From positions 19,167-83,166 of the forward strand of contig CAZWQF010000005.1 of the NCBI GenBank assembly GCA_964636285.1: a DNA stretch of 64,000 nt, given 5' to 3'. Positions within the stretch are counted from its first letter, which is position 1; each line of letters starts with the position of its first letter. A model generated the notes under the pieces. It saw nothing but the letters and a program-made list of their open reading frames with translations, did no database searches and was not told the DNA's origin. Below, piece by piece: positions 34,743 through 44,328 of this stretch. This DNA is from an uncultured Candidatus Saccharibacteria bacterium (GTDB lineage: Bacteria > Patescibacteriota > WWE3 > UBA101185 > 2-01-FULL-41-18). A program made the translations under genes and the position numbers.

Positions 34743-37700
34743 TTAAATAGTCCCTTTACAAAACCTTCGACCTTATCTTTTGGCGTCATCTGTATCTTTA
34801 TCTGATCAGGGTTATAAATAATTATTTCCGGAACTCTTCCATCAGGCCAGTATAGTGTTACAACTCCTGTTGCCTTTATTTCTTTTCCTACAAGAGAGTC
34901 CAGGTTGTATTTAAACTTAGAAGTGTCCTTTGAGAAGATTCTAAGAAGGAATGTTTCTTTTGGATTGTCTGTAAAGCCTATGTAGTAACCTTTAGGCATA
35001 TGGTCTTCAATTTTTACAACCTTTCCTTTTACAGTAACAAGTTTGTTTATGTGATCCGCAGAGTTTTTCCAGTCAATTTCAGCAGCCGACTTAACTGTTT
35101 CTGCGCCTAGGACTTGTGGTGTAGTGTTTTGATAGTTTAGTGCTAGCTGGTTCTCAAGGCTTGCTGCCCCTCCTGCTTCGAGGGCAATTATTCCTCCATC
35201 TACTGCTTTTACTAGTACCAGACCATCGCTTACAACAGTAAATGGGGTAGAGTTATCTGGACTGTTCCCACCACTGTAGTAGCTGTTGTGGTATTGGTAA
35301 AAACCTGCCCCATAGCTTCTGTTATCCCCATACGAGTACAGGTTTGATTTACATTCTCTAGTTGTAGCGTTGAATGGGCAGTCAGATGGCCCGAATGTGG
35401 ATCCACTTCCGCCAGGGAAAAGTTGAGGATTACAGGAAACGCCAGGTGTACAGTAAACCTGTCTCCAGATGGTGTTCTGTCCTGCAGCTGCTTTAATAGG
35501 ATTTAAAAAAGTGCTCCCAAGAGAAGGGCTTCTATCAACAATGTTTACAGTTTGATTTACCAGCCAGTGGCTATGGAAAAGCGTATTGCCTGACATTGTC
35601 ATATACATCATTTCGTCTGTTTGTATGTCAAATTGGTGAGTACCTTCTTGAAAGTGGTATTTCCCTGAGCCAATGAATCTTACATCCCCTGCTGAATACC
35701 CTGACATAGAGTTATCAAGTACCATTTCACCAAAAACAGCATCTTCTCTCCCGTCGCACCACATAGTTGCTCCTTGATATGAGCATGTTCCAGCTGTTTG
35801 ACATGGGCAACCGAGTCCGTTCCTCCAGATTACATAAGCAACCTCCTGACCATCAACAGTTTTTATTATTGGTTGTGGCCCCATAGGAAGTATGTTTCCA
35901 TCCCCAGCGCCTCCATTCCCAACTGCTGGGGTAAATGCTTGAGTTCCATTATCTAAGTTTAATGCAAAGAGCGCCTGATTTCTGTTTTTTGATTCTTTAT
36001 AGAGAGGATCAATTTGAGGTCTGTCATAAGCCCAGAGTAGTGCTCTTATAGCCGAGTTTGTGCTTGGGTATGGGTTACTTATCCACAGAGAATCCCAATC
36101 TATTCTATATCTTACAAATACGATGCCGTGCTGCTCTGCAATTACTGGCCATCCTAAAATAGCTTCTGCAAAGTTATTTCCTGCGGAAGAGGCTGGATTT
36201 CCAGGGATTCTGTCTGTTGGTTTTGTTTTCCACTTTCTGGATCCAGTAGTACTAACTGCATGTACATTAAGATCCTGCGTCACATACACAAGTGTGTTTT
36301 TTGAACTTGAGAAGGAAGGAGGTGTTGCTGAGGCGGACTCGCCTGTATATATCCAATTTTGGGTGAGAGCATTTTTATCAAGCGATATAAGATTTCCGGC
36401 GGTTGAAGTGATGTATAGTGTATTGCCTACTGACAATGGCGCCATGTTAGAGCCATAAGTTGTATACGAGTTAACCACGTTTCCATTTGCTGCGTTGATT
36501 TTATAAACACCTGTGCTAGATGTGACATACAGATTCTCAGCATCATATGCTGGGGTGGAGCTAAGGTTTCCAATACCATTTCTAGTCCACAACGTTGTAC
36601 CACTGACTTTATTAGTGCTGTTTTTGTCTAAAGCGTATACGGTATTATTGGCTACTATATAAACTCTACCGCCACCTGTAATAGGTTGTACCATATCTGG
36701 AACTGCAAGATGAGATGACGGTTGTATTGCACCGTTTGCATCTGCAGAATTCCATGACCATTTATATCTCCATGGGCCAGCAACTGTTTGAGCTGTGTAG
36801 CTCGTTCTTTGTGCATTTCCACCAAATTGGGACCATTGGCCTGTTATAACAGGCGTGGAGGTTGGCGATGGGGTTGGGGTTGGAGTAGCTGTAGACGTTG
36901 GCGTAGCTGTTGGAGTTGGCGTTGTAGTAGGAGTTGCTGTGGTTGATGGCATTGGAGTTGGAGTAGCTGTAGACGTTGGCGTAGCTGTTGGAGTTGGGGC
37001 AGGCGTAAACTTTTGAACAATCACTGCATAATCTAAACTATTTATAGTTGAATCGGGGTACTGATCTGTTGAATTGTTTGGAGTTCTATTCCAATTTGAG
37101 ATGAGGGTGTTAACATCAAGATGCGAAACAATTCCATCCCCATTTATATCTCCAGACCCAAGTGTAAGTGTTGGAACAGGTGTGGGTGTTGTCGTGCTTG
37201 TAGATGTGGGTGTTGGAGTGGGTGTCAAGGTGGATGTTGGACTTGGGGTTGGCGTCACAGTGGTAGTTGGTGTTGGAGATGCGGTAGGGGATGGCGCAGG
37301 CGTTGGGGTTGGAGTTGGTGTTGGAACTCCTGAACCGTTTGTAATTTTCAAAGCGTAGTCTGTGTTGAGATTTGAAACTGGCACCTTAAGAATATTTGAA
37401 GTGGCTGAAATAGTTGACGTGGTTGACAGTAATCCGGTGTAGGTATTCCATACTTCAACTTTATATTGGGAGTTTAAAAGTCCAGGTATTTCAATCTCTC
37501 CACTTACAGCAGTGGGTGTATTACCAGCGCTTCTCCATGTGTTATTTCTGTTCTGTAGCCATACGTAGACCTTTGATTTGTCTGATGATTTCATTCCATA
37601 GGCTCTAATTGTGTTATTTGTACTAGCTATAAGCTCCCCAGCATACCCAGAAGGGGCGTCACTTGGTGTCATAAGGTACGAAAGGTTAAGTTTAGAGTAC

Positions 37701-39349
37701 TCAATATCATCAAAAAATGACTTTATTGCCTTTCTTTGAATATATCGATTTTGAGTAGTTGCAGCATCCTCCTCAAGCCAAGACCAGTCTATTGGGGAAC
37801 TTCCTATAGGAGAAAATAGACCCGCCCAAGCTGTATTGTGTAACATCTTGAGTCTTCCAGCTCCAGACTTAGCTATAGGATCAACTACGTCCCATGATGT
37901 TAATGCATCCATTTCTCCCCAGATCCAAGGCATATGCCCTTTCTGAGTATTCCATGCAGTGCCGTCGCCTAGACCGAGGCTATTGCACATGTTGCTTGAG
38001 CCTTTAGTTCCTGTATCCCTCAAGCACCATGCAAATTTGTAGATAAAGTTAGCATCATCGTATGAAAGGTCTGCACTGTATCTTGAGATCATCATGTAGT
38101 CGTGATAAGTCGCGATATCAAACGCACCTGATGTCCAGAATGCTGGGCTAAAGGCTTGAGATCCTTGGGATGTTGTCCTTAAATGTCCGTAAGGATCAAC
38201 AAGTTTTTGAAAAGCTCCGTATTTCTCATAAAACTTGAAAGTTGAGGTGTTAGGGGTTACATGTCCATGTTCATTCCATGCTTCCCAACCTAAAATAGAG
38301 GTAGAGTACCCCCATCTTGCCACTCTATACCTAAAATTTCTTTTCCAGTATCCCAAATGTCGATTGCTATCAAATGCCTGTATTGAGGTATTCCACGGCT
38401 CTTCGTATACAGATCCATCCCAGATCCAGTAAGGATCGCCGTGAGATGATAAAAGTATATAAACACCATTCTTCTCTGCGGATTCTATTATCTTATCCTC
38501 CTGATAATTACCCCTTTGGTTAAATTGAGTGCCCTTTGTGATCTTGCTTAGATCAACGCCGGTATCCACAGGGTTGTAATCAGACGGAAAACTATATCCG
38601 TCATATCTTCCTTCTACGGTTAGGGAGTACCCGTCGTTTTGATCCCAAACCCTTGTTAAGTTAATGCCATTAGCCCCAAAATCAGTAAAAGCTTGTTCGT
38701 AATCAAAGCTTCTCCTTCCGCAACATGCCCACCATTGCCTACCACTTGCAATTGGAATGTAACTTGTACCGTTGTCAAATTGAAGGAATCTTTTATCCTG
38801 AGCTACTCTTACAAAACCTTTTTCACTTGATGCAGTAGACGTAAATGAAAGGCTTCCTGTTTGAGGGTATGTGGTAGAACCGTTTTTATCAGTGATCTTG
38901 ATTGTGTATGTATAATTTCCAGTCTCTGCTGGGGTATATCTTACTTTCCAGCTGTAATTATTTGTTGGAGTCATAGTCTCTCCTGAATTGAGAGATCCTG
39001 TTCTAACATACTCTTGGTAGTAAAATGCAGGAACATTAATTGTAGCACCACTCGGGGTTCTAACTACCGCATCTATTGTAATTCCATCAACACCGTACAC
39101 GCTTCTACCTGGGTCACTTTCTTTAGTATCTAGTGGGTCGTAGTAATAATATGGAAGTATAGAACCCGGCTCAAAAGCTTGTGATATTTTAAAATTAACC
39201 TCATATTTCTTAAATTTAGGTACGCTATCAGTAACCGGAGTTAGTTGAGTGACTGTAGGAGTTCCGGCAGCATGCGCCACAAACTTTGCTGAGATAAAGC
39301 AGGTAATGAAAAGCAATGTACTGACAAATATTTTTTTATTAAGACTCAT
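34733..39349 (-). CDS. Giant secreted multidomain protein (1538 aa): GH5-like/DUF4038-type glycosidase domain, PT linkers, a dockerin-like Ca-binding segment, a PQQ-like beta-propeller, a Cys-rich region and a C-terminal OB-like domain.
   Basis: A signal peptide. The motif WEAWNEHG looks like a GH5 acid/base motif. DINGDGIVSHLD fits a DxNxDGxxxxxD dockerin loop. Tandem Pro/Thr linkers are present. Beta-propeller repeats (YALDKNSTNK ... WTRNG ...) follow. The start overlaps the downstream scaffoldin-like gene by 10 nt. Confidence 0.7.
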   Translation of the reverse strand: MSLNKKIFVSTLLFITCFISAKFVAHAAGTPTVTQLTPVTDSVPKFKKYEVNFKISQAFEPGSILPYYYYDPLDTKESDPGRSVYGVDGITIDAVVRTPSGATINVPAFYYQEYVRTGSLNSGETMTPTNNYSWKVRYTPAETGNYTYTIKITDKNGSTTYPQTGSLSFTSTASSEKGFVRVAQDKRFLQFDNGTSYIPIASGRQWWACCGRRSFDYEQAFTDFGANGINLTRVWDQNDGYSLTVEGRYDGYSFPSDYNPVDTGVDLSKITKGTQFNQRGNYQEDKIIESAEKNGVYILLSSHGDPYWIWDGSVYEEPWNTSIQAFDSNRHLGYWKRNFRYRVARWGYSTSILGWEAWNEHGHVTPNTSTFKFYEKYGAFQKLVDPYGHLRTTSQGSQAFSPAFWTSGAFDIATYHDYMMISRYSADLSYDDANFIYKFAWCLRDTGTKGSSNMCNSLGLGDGTAWNTQKGHMPWIWGEMDALTSWDVVDPIAKSGAGRLKMLHNTAWAGLFSPIGSSPIDWSWLEEDAATTQNRYIQRKAIKSFFDDIEYSKLNLSYLMTPSDAPSGYAGELIASTNNTIRAYGMKSSDKSKVYVWLQNRNNTWRSAGNTPTAVSGEIEIPGLLNSQYKVEVWNTYTGLLSTTSTISATSNILKVPVSNLNTDYALKITNGSGVPTPTPTPTPAPSPTASPTPTTTVTPTPSPTSTLTPTPTPTSTSTTTPTPVPTLTLGSGDINGDGIVSHLDVNTLISNWNRTPNNSTDQYPDSTINSLDYAVIVQKFTPAPTPTATPTSTATPTPMPSTTATPTTTPTPTATPTSTATPTPTPSPTSTPVITGQWSQFGGNAQRTSYTAQTVAGPWRYKWSWNSADANGAIQPSSHLAVPDMVQPITGGGRVYIVANNTVYALDKNSTNKVSGTTLWTRNGIGNLSSTPAYDAENLYVTSSTGVYKINAANGNVVNSYTTYGSNMAPLSVGNTLYITSTAGNLISLDKNALTQNWIYTGESASATPPSFSSSKNTLVYVTQDLNVHAVSTTGSRKWKTKPTDRIPGNPASSAGNNFAEAILGWPVIAEQHGIVFVRYRIDWDSLWISNPYPSTNSAIRALLWAYDRPQIDPLYKESKNRNQALFALNLDNGTQAFTPAVGNGGAGDGNILPMGPQPIIKTVDGQEVAYVIWRNGLGCPCQTAGTCSYQGATMWCDGREDAVFGEMVLDNSMSGYSAGDVRFIGSGKYHFQEGTHQFDIQTDEMMYMTMSGNTLFHSHWLVNQTVNIVDRSPSLGSTFLNPIKAAAGQNTIWRQVYCTPGVSCNPQLFPGGSGSTFGPSDCPFNATTRECKSNLYSYGDNRSYGAGFYQYHNSYYSGGNSPDNSTPFTVVSDGLVLVKAVDGGIIALEAGGAASLENQLALNYQNTTPQVLGAETVKSAAEIDWKNSADHINKLVTVKGKVVKIEDHMPKGYYIGFTDNPKETFLLRIFSKDTSKFKYNLDSLVGKEIKATGVVTLYWPDGRVPEIIIYNPDQIKIQMTPKDKVEGFVKGLFKWN

Positions 39350-39435
39350 CTTATCTTAATATAATCTCTTTTTTGCCCTAATAAAGTCAAGAGTTTATTA
39401 TTCTGTTAACTGTTAATGAGTGGTATCATTTATCA

Positions 39436-40356
39436 ATGAATTTAAATAAGCTTGGTTACACAGAAAAACTTTTTATATTACCTTTTGATCATAGGACTTC
39501 ATTTGCCACAAAATATTTTAACTTAATAGGACCAGGCTCAATTTTGGAATCTCAAAAGCAGATTATTAAGGAGTGCCGTCAAGTAGTTTACGAAGGGTTT
39601 CTGAAAGCTGTTGCTTTAGCTATACCAAAATCCCAGGCCTCGTTTCTTACTGATGAGGAGTACGGAGATTCTATATTAAAAAAAGCTGTACAAGATGGAT
39701 ATGTGGTGTGCCAAACGACTGAAAAAAGTGGTCAAAGAGAGTTTCAGTTTGAGTATGGGGATTCTTTTGGAGAGCACCTGAATAACATCAACCCCCTTTT
39801 CGCAAAAGCTTTATTGATATACAACCCTCAGGGAGATAAAGACATTAATAAAAGACAACGGGCTTCTATTAGAAGGCTAGCAAATTTTTGCCATCTTAAC
39901 GGTTACAAACTTCTAGTGGAGCCCTTAGTTCACGCTACGGAGTCACAGATGGAGAGTTTTGGAGGGGATAGAAAAAAATACGATATTGAACTAAGACCGC
40001 AATTAACAATAGAGATGATTGAAGAATTTCACAGGGATGAAGTAGAAGTTGATGTGTGGAAGATTGAAGGTATGTACTCAAATAATGACTATCAACTGGT
40101 ATCAAATAAGGCAAGAGAAGGCGGAAGAGAAAATGTGGGAATTGTAATTTTAGGTAGGGCAGAGTCAGTTGAAATAGTGGAGCATTGGCTAAAAGAGGGT
40201 TCCACAGTTCCTGGAGTGATTGGATTTGCCATAGGAAGAACAATCTTCTATGAGCCGCTCTTTGATTTAAGGGATGGAAAGATCTCAAGGTCGCAAGCAG
40301 TTGATAAAATTGCGAATAATTATATCCATTTTTATAAGATTTTCTGTGGTCAATGA
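39436..40356 (+). CDS. Hypothetical TIM-barrel aldolase-like protein (DUF2090/LacD-like).
   Basis: A 306-aa soluble protein; the segments LVEPLVHATES and VIGFAIGRTIF weakly resemble class I aldolase barrels. Confidence 0.3.
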   Translation: MNLNKLGYTEKLFILPFDHRTSFATKYFNLIGPGSILESQKQIIKECRQVVYEGFLKAVALAIPKSQASFLTDEEYGDSILKKAVQDGYVVCQTTEKSGQREFQFEYGDSFGEHLNNINPLFAKALLIYNPQGDKDINKRQRASIRRLANFCHLNGYKLLVEPLVHATESQMESFGGDRKKYDIELRPQLTIEMIEEFHRDEVEVDVWKIEGMYSNNDYQLVSNKAREGGRENVGIVILGRAESVEIVEHWLKEGSTVPGVIGFAIGRTIFYEPLFDLRDGKISRSQAVDKIANNYIHFYKIFCGQ

Positions 40357-41471
40357 CTTTTACAAGAATAATTAAGGTACTTATTGTTATACTCTCCGCC
40401 TTGTATGTGCAGATTAATTTTGAGTCTGAATCTTTAGCCTCAGACGATGCCTCTAATTTATTGGAATACAGTAAGGGTATTGTGGTTTCAATAACTAATG
40501 AGGGTATGGTGGATTTAGGTGGAATTTCAGCCCCATATCAAGAGTTATTAGTTAGGTTTGAGGATGGGCACTCGCAAGGAAATACTGTAAGTGTTAAATA
40601 CGGCACTAGTTTTAGTATAAACGAATCTCAGAAAGTGAAAGTTGGTGATAGGGTTGTTGTGAGCAGGGCCTTCTCTTCAGGAGCTGCTGAGTATTTTATT
40701 GCTGATAGATACAGGATTGATAATCTCCTTCTTGGGCTCATCTTGTTTGTGGTACTTGTTGTCATATTTGCTAGATTTAAAGGTATCACATCTGTATTTG
40801 GGCTGATTTTCTCAGTCTTAGTGATCACTTACTACATTGTCCCAAAACTTGTTAGTGGAGAAAACCCAATTTTAATTGTAGCTACTGGAACAGTGTTAAT
40901 TGGAGTTGTTTCATTGTATCTAGCTCATGGAGTCTCTATTAGAACAACCCTTTCCTTAGTGAGTATTTTGGTAACTATGATCATAGCCGTATTAATTGCA
41001 ATTCTGAGCGTCTCCACCTTGAAGTTAACTGGTTCTGGGTCAGAAGAAGCATTTTTTCTACAGCTATCTTCTCAAAAAATTAGTCTTCAGGGGTTACTCT
41101 TGGGTGGTATTATTATGGGAGTCCTTGGGGTCCTAGATGACATCACAACAGCGCAGACAGCTGTAGTTTACGAGCTGAAACGGGCCAATCCTAAGTTAAC
41201 ATGGGTTGAATTATATAAAAGGGGCATTTTTGTTGGAACAGAGCATATAACTTCCCTTATTAACACTTTGTTTTTGGCATATGCGGGAGCATCCCTGCCG
41301 CTTTTTTTGCTTTTTACGGTACATTCTGATAAACCGGTTTGGGTAACTATTAACAGTGAGTTTGTCATGGAGGAGATTGTTAGATCTCTAATTGGTAGTG
41401 CTTCTTTAGTGATAGCTGTACCTATATCCACTTTGATTGCTGCTTACTACTTTAAAGATTCTGAAAGTTAA
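40353..41471 (+). CDS. Polytopic membrane protein, YibE/F-like.
   Basis: A signal/TM segment, a ~100-aa extracytoplasmic domain and about 7 TM helices. It overlaps the preceding gene by 4 nt. Confidence 0.4.
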   Translation: MTFTRIIKVLIVILSALYVQINFESESLASDDASNLLEYSKGIVVSITNEGMVDLGGISAPYQELLVRFEDGHSQGNTVSVKYGTSFSINESQKVKVGDRVVVSRAFSSGAAEYFIADRYRIDNLLLGLILFVVLVVIFARFKGITSVFGLIFSVLVITYYIVPKLVSGENPILIVATGTVLIGVVSLYLAHGVSIRTTLSLVSILVTMIIAVLIAILSVSTLKLTGSGSEEAFFLQLSSQKISLQGLLLGGIIMGVLGVLDDITTAQTAVVYELKRANPKLTWVELYKRGIFVGTEHITSLINTLFLAYAGASLPLFLLFTVHSDKPVWVTINSEFVMEEIVRSLIGSASLVIAVPISTLIAAYYFKDSES

Positions 41472-41507
41472 TATTGAGGTGTTCAAAAAAGTATTTATAC
41501 TATTGAT

Positions 41508-42023
41508 ATGCCTGCTCTAAAAATCCTCCAAACTGCATATAATAACCAGAAGGGCTTGTCTTTACTTGAGGTCCTAATGGTTGTAGTTATTTTGGCAATT
41601 CTCTTTGGAGTTGCTGTGTTAAATATTAGGCCTGATTATAATTTGGAGCAGGCGAGATATGCTAATGCAAGGCAGTCTCTTGTTGAGATAGCTAATGCCG
41701 CCCAAATCTACGCCTCTGAGCATGATGATTACCCTGGAGATGTAAATAGAAATATCCCAGAAGATTTTATTGAATATATTTCCCCAGGAGCTTGGCCAAA
41801 TGGACCCTGGAAAAATTCATTGTACGATTGGGATAATTGGAGCAGTCAGACATGCTGGGATGGTTCCACGGGAATTATTCAGATTACTCTTAGGCAAGTT
41901 AATGGATATAAGGGAAAAACAGATTACACTATTTATTATGTTATCGAAGGGGTTGGAATTCCTCACTGTAGCACCACAACAACTAAGGGGGAGTGCATCA
42001 ACTGTGTAAGTAGGTACCCTTAA
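41508..42023 (+). CDS. Type IV pilin/pseudopilin with a prepilin-type N-terminal methylation motif.
   Basis: QKG|LSLLEV carries Gly at -1 and Glu at +5, followed by the hydrophobic helix MVVVILAILFGVAV. A C-terminal Cys pair (C..INC) is present. Confidence 0.6.
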   Translation: MPALKILQTAYNNQKGLSLLEVLMVVVILAILFGVAVLNIRPDYNLEQARYANARQSLVEIANAAQIYASEHDDYPGDVNRNIPEDFIEYISPGAWPNGPWKNSLYDWDNWSSQTCWDGSTGIIQITLRQVNGYKGKTDYTIYYVIEGVGIPHCSTTTTKGECINCVSRYP

Positions 42024-42031
42024 ATTTAACT

Positions 42032-42913
42032 TTAAACTTCAACTGGAGTTATTTTGATATAAAATCCCGACACAAGAACTTTACCAAATGAACTTCTCTG
42101 CAAAATATTGCCGCATGTCAAATTTCCGTTAAGAGAATTTAGATTTTCAGCAATTTCCTTAACGGCAACGTTGTAGTCCATGTCTTTTGCATATATGTTT
42201 ACTAGAATTAATTTAAAGTCATCTGCAATAATATTTCCAAGCTTATTCATAAACTCTGGCAAATCCTTTGAAAGTTTCCATACCCCTTTATCACTTCTTC
42301 CAAATGCAGGTGGGTCAGCAAAAATAATGTTGTATTTATTTCCTCTCTTTGTTTCTTTTTCTACAAATGTTGTACAGTCTTCATTAATAACCCTGCAGCC
42401 AGTGTTTATCCTGTTAATTTCAAGATTTTCCTTCATCCATGCACATGCAGGTTTTGAGGAATCTACATGGGTGGTTTCGGCATTTGATTGACACGCTGCA
42501 ATACTTGCAATGCCTGTGTAGCCAAACAAATTTATAAAGCGAGTGGTTTTTGAGGAGTCCTCAGTTTCTACAGCTTTCTTTAGAAGATTCCAGTTTTCAC
42601 TCTGTTCAAAAAATACACCTATATTCTTAAAATCGTGAATTTTGATTAATGCTTTGCAAATGTCTAAATTTATCTGAAATTTCTCAGGTACTTTATTCTG
42701 AAACTCCCAGCCGTTAATATCTTCGGAATATTTAATATCGTAGTTAGTCCAAAGTTCCTCCTTTTGTTTTTTACCTCTTGCGTTAACATCCGGTCTTATA
42801 AAAGTATACGGGCCTATCTTCTCTAGCTTCTGGAACTCTCCAAAGTCTAGAAGTTCATAACCTGTCGATCCCTTTGAAACTATATCAGCTTTTTTCTCAG
42901 CAATATTTATCAC
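42032..42913 (-). CDS. Class I SAM-dependent methyltransferase, RlmI/RlmK-like.
   Basis: The motif IIFADPPAFGRS is a DPP(F/Y)-type motif IV. A Rossmann-like core is present. Confidence 0.5.
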   Translation of the reverse strand: MINIAEKKADIVSKGSTGYELLDFGEFQKLEKIGPYTFIRPDVNARGKKQKEELWTNYDIKYSEDINGWEFQNKVPEKFQINLDICKALIKIHDFKNIGVFFEQSENWNLLKKAVETEDSSKTTRFINLFGYTGIASIAACQSNAETTHVDSSKPACAWMKENLEINRINTGCRVINEDCTTFVEKETKRGNKYNIIFADPPAFGRSDKGVWKLSKDLPEFMNKLGNIIADDFKLILVNIYAKDMDYNVAVKEIAENLNSLNGNLTCGNILQRSSFGKVLVSGFYIKITPVEV

Positions 42914-42947
42914 AAAACTATTATACCAATTTATTTTGAATTATGGG

Positions 42948-44153
42948 TCATCGATTCTTAAAGACCACCGCGTTTGCTGGTGCCCTACCTGGCCCTGCCA
43001 AATACGAGCTATTGTAGAAGAGCCCTACAGAGCCTCCACCGTCAAGTGCAATTGCATTCTTAGACCCAACTGCTTTGTGTACATAAGCTAGTTCAAAATT
43101 GGTAACACCTCTAGCTACAATCATGTAAGCCTTACTTCCTCCAAAGCCTATTGAACTTCTTGTTGACCTTATCTTTTCTTTGGAGTCAAGTTTGTAGTTT
43201 CCTACTATAACGCTACCATCTTTCAAGAGGCCTGGTGTCATAGTGATGGCCGCATCCACAGAACCGCCGCCGTACCCTTTTGCGAATGTATACATACTCC
43301 CTCCATTACCGTTGAATGTTATGAGTGCCCTATTATCCCAAAACATGTTATCTTTGTTTATCCACCTACCCAGCCTTGAATTATAGATAGGAAAATCGAA
43401 TGACCCCTTTTTCTCAGAGCACTGAGCATAGTCGGCTGGACAGAAGTAACTTCCGTTAATTCCTGCAAAACCACCAAGCCTTTGAACATAACTGCCAACT
43501 GCCATGAGGCTGCAGTTGGATTTGCATTCGGAATTGACAGCGGTATCAGTCATGACCTTAACCTTATTTAAATCTGCAACAATAATGTCAGCGCTAAATA
43601 CACCTACTTCTGTTACAACGTTATACCTCACATATCCAGAACCGCTAACCACGCTCTCATACCTCTTTTTAGCTTCTTCTAGAGCTTTTCTGTCTGCCTC
43701 AAGCTTTGCTTGGTAGCTGGCTTCAAGCTTTTTATTTACTTCGGATGCGGACATGCTTGCCTCCTCAAACTTAAGGAGTGACAATTTGTCTAAAATAACT
43801 GGATAGGATTCCATGAAAGATTCAACCTTAACTCCCTGGGCTTTATATTTTTCACTTTTATCCTTAATTTCTTTAACTTGTTGTAAGGTAGATTTCACTA
43901 GTTTCAGCTCTTTATTCGACTCAAGTTCGTTGAGTTTTTGGGTTTCTTGAGAAAGCGCAGATATAGAAGACTCTTTCTCCACTATAATTGACTCAAGTTT
44001 GCTCAAATCCTCTCTATATTTTGATACTTTTTGACTTAGACTGAAAACTTCATTGCTTTTGTCTATATAGAGTTTAGTACTCAGCCCTCCTGTCAGAAGT
44101 AAGGTGGTAAGAGTGGTCAATAATATGGGTTTTAGAGCAGGGTTTTTCATCAT
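42948..44153 (-). CDS. Phosphodiester glycosidase-family protein (NAGPA-like) with an N-terminal TM helix and coiled coil.
   Basis: C-terminal domain motifs (GINGSYF ... ALDGGGSVGL) match PF09992-type proteins. The N-terminal ~150 aa are coiled-coil. Confidence 0.55.
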   Translation of the reverse strand: MMKNPALKPILLTTLTTLLLTGGLSTKLYIDKSNEVFSLSQKVSKYREDLSKLESIIVEKESSISALSQETQKLNELESNKELKLVKSTLQQVKEIKDKSEKYKAQGVKVESFMESYPVILDKLSLLKFEEASMSASEVNKKLEASYQAKLEADRKALEEAKKRYESVVSGSGYVRYNVVTEVGVFSADIIVADLNKVKVMTDTAVNSECKSNCSLMAVGSYVQRLGGFAGINGSYFCPADYAQCSEKKGSFDFPIYNSRLGRWINKDNMFWDNRALITFNGNGGSMYTFAKGYGGGSVDAAITMTPGLLKDGSVIVGNYKLDSKEKIRSTRSSIGFGGSKAYMIVARGVTNFELAYVHKAVGSKNAIALDGGGSVGLFYNSSYLAGPGRAPANAVVFKNR

Positions 44154-44214
44154 GTTAATGATATCAGATCTTTAGTATTTGCTGTAGGTACAGCTTTTGT
44201 CAATGTTGACATAG

Positions 44215-44243
44215 ATATATGTCTATGATACTATGCAGAGGTT
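44215..44243 (+). promoter_or_regulatory. Putative sigma70-like promoter upstream of greA.
   Basis: TTGACA at 44215-44220, a 17-nt spacer, then TACTAT at 44238-44243 (4/6 match to the -10 consensus). An AGGAGG-like RBS (GGAGGAA) precedes the ATG at 44329. Confidence 0.25.
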
Positions 44244-44328
44244 CGAAAGATAGAAGCAGTTCCTATTTCCCCTTTAATAGTTTAAGACTGGTTTCTTATA
44301 ACTCAGGGGATTTTTTTATGGAGGAATT

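Noticed and set aside
36886-36997. Near-identical ~47-bp direct repeats considered as a possible CRISPR or tandem array; also PT-linker nucleotide repeats at 33590-33660 and 34090-34150.
   Set aside because: There are only two copies, they sit inside a CDS, and they encode duplicated TPTATPTSTATPTP linker peptides. There are no spacers or cas genes, so this is intragenic linker duplication rather than CRISPR.
37074-37358. Plus-strand GV-rich ORFs (37074..37358, 37121..37333) and similar ORFs at 33568..33927 and 34126..34362.
   Set aside because: These are reverse-complement shadows of Pro/Thr linker-coding repeats in the minus-strand surface protein genes.
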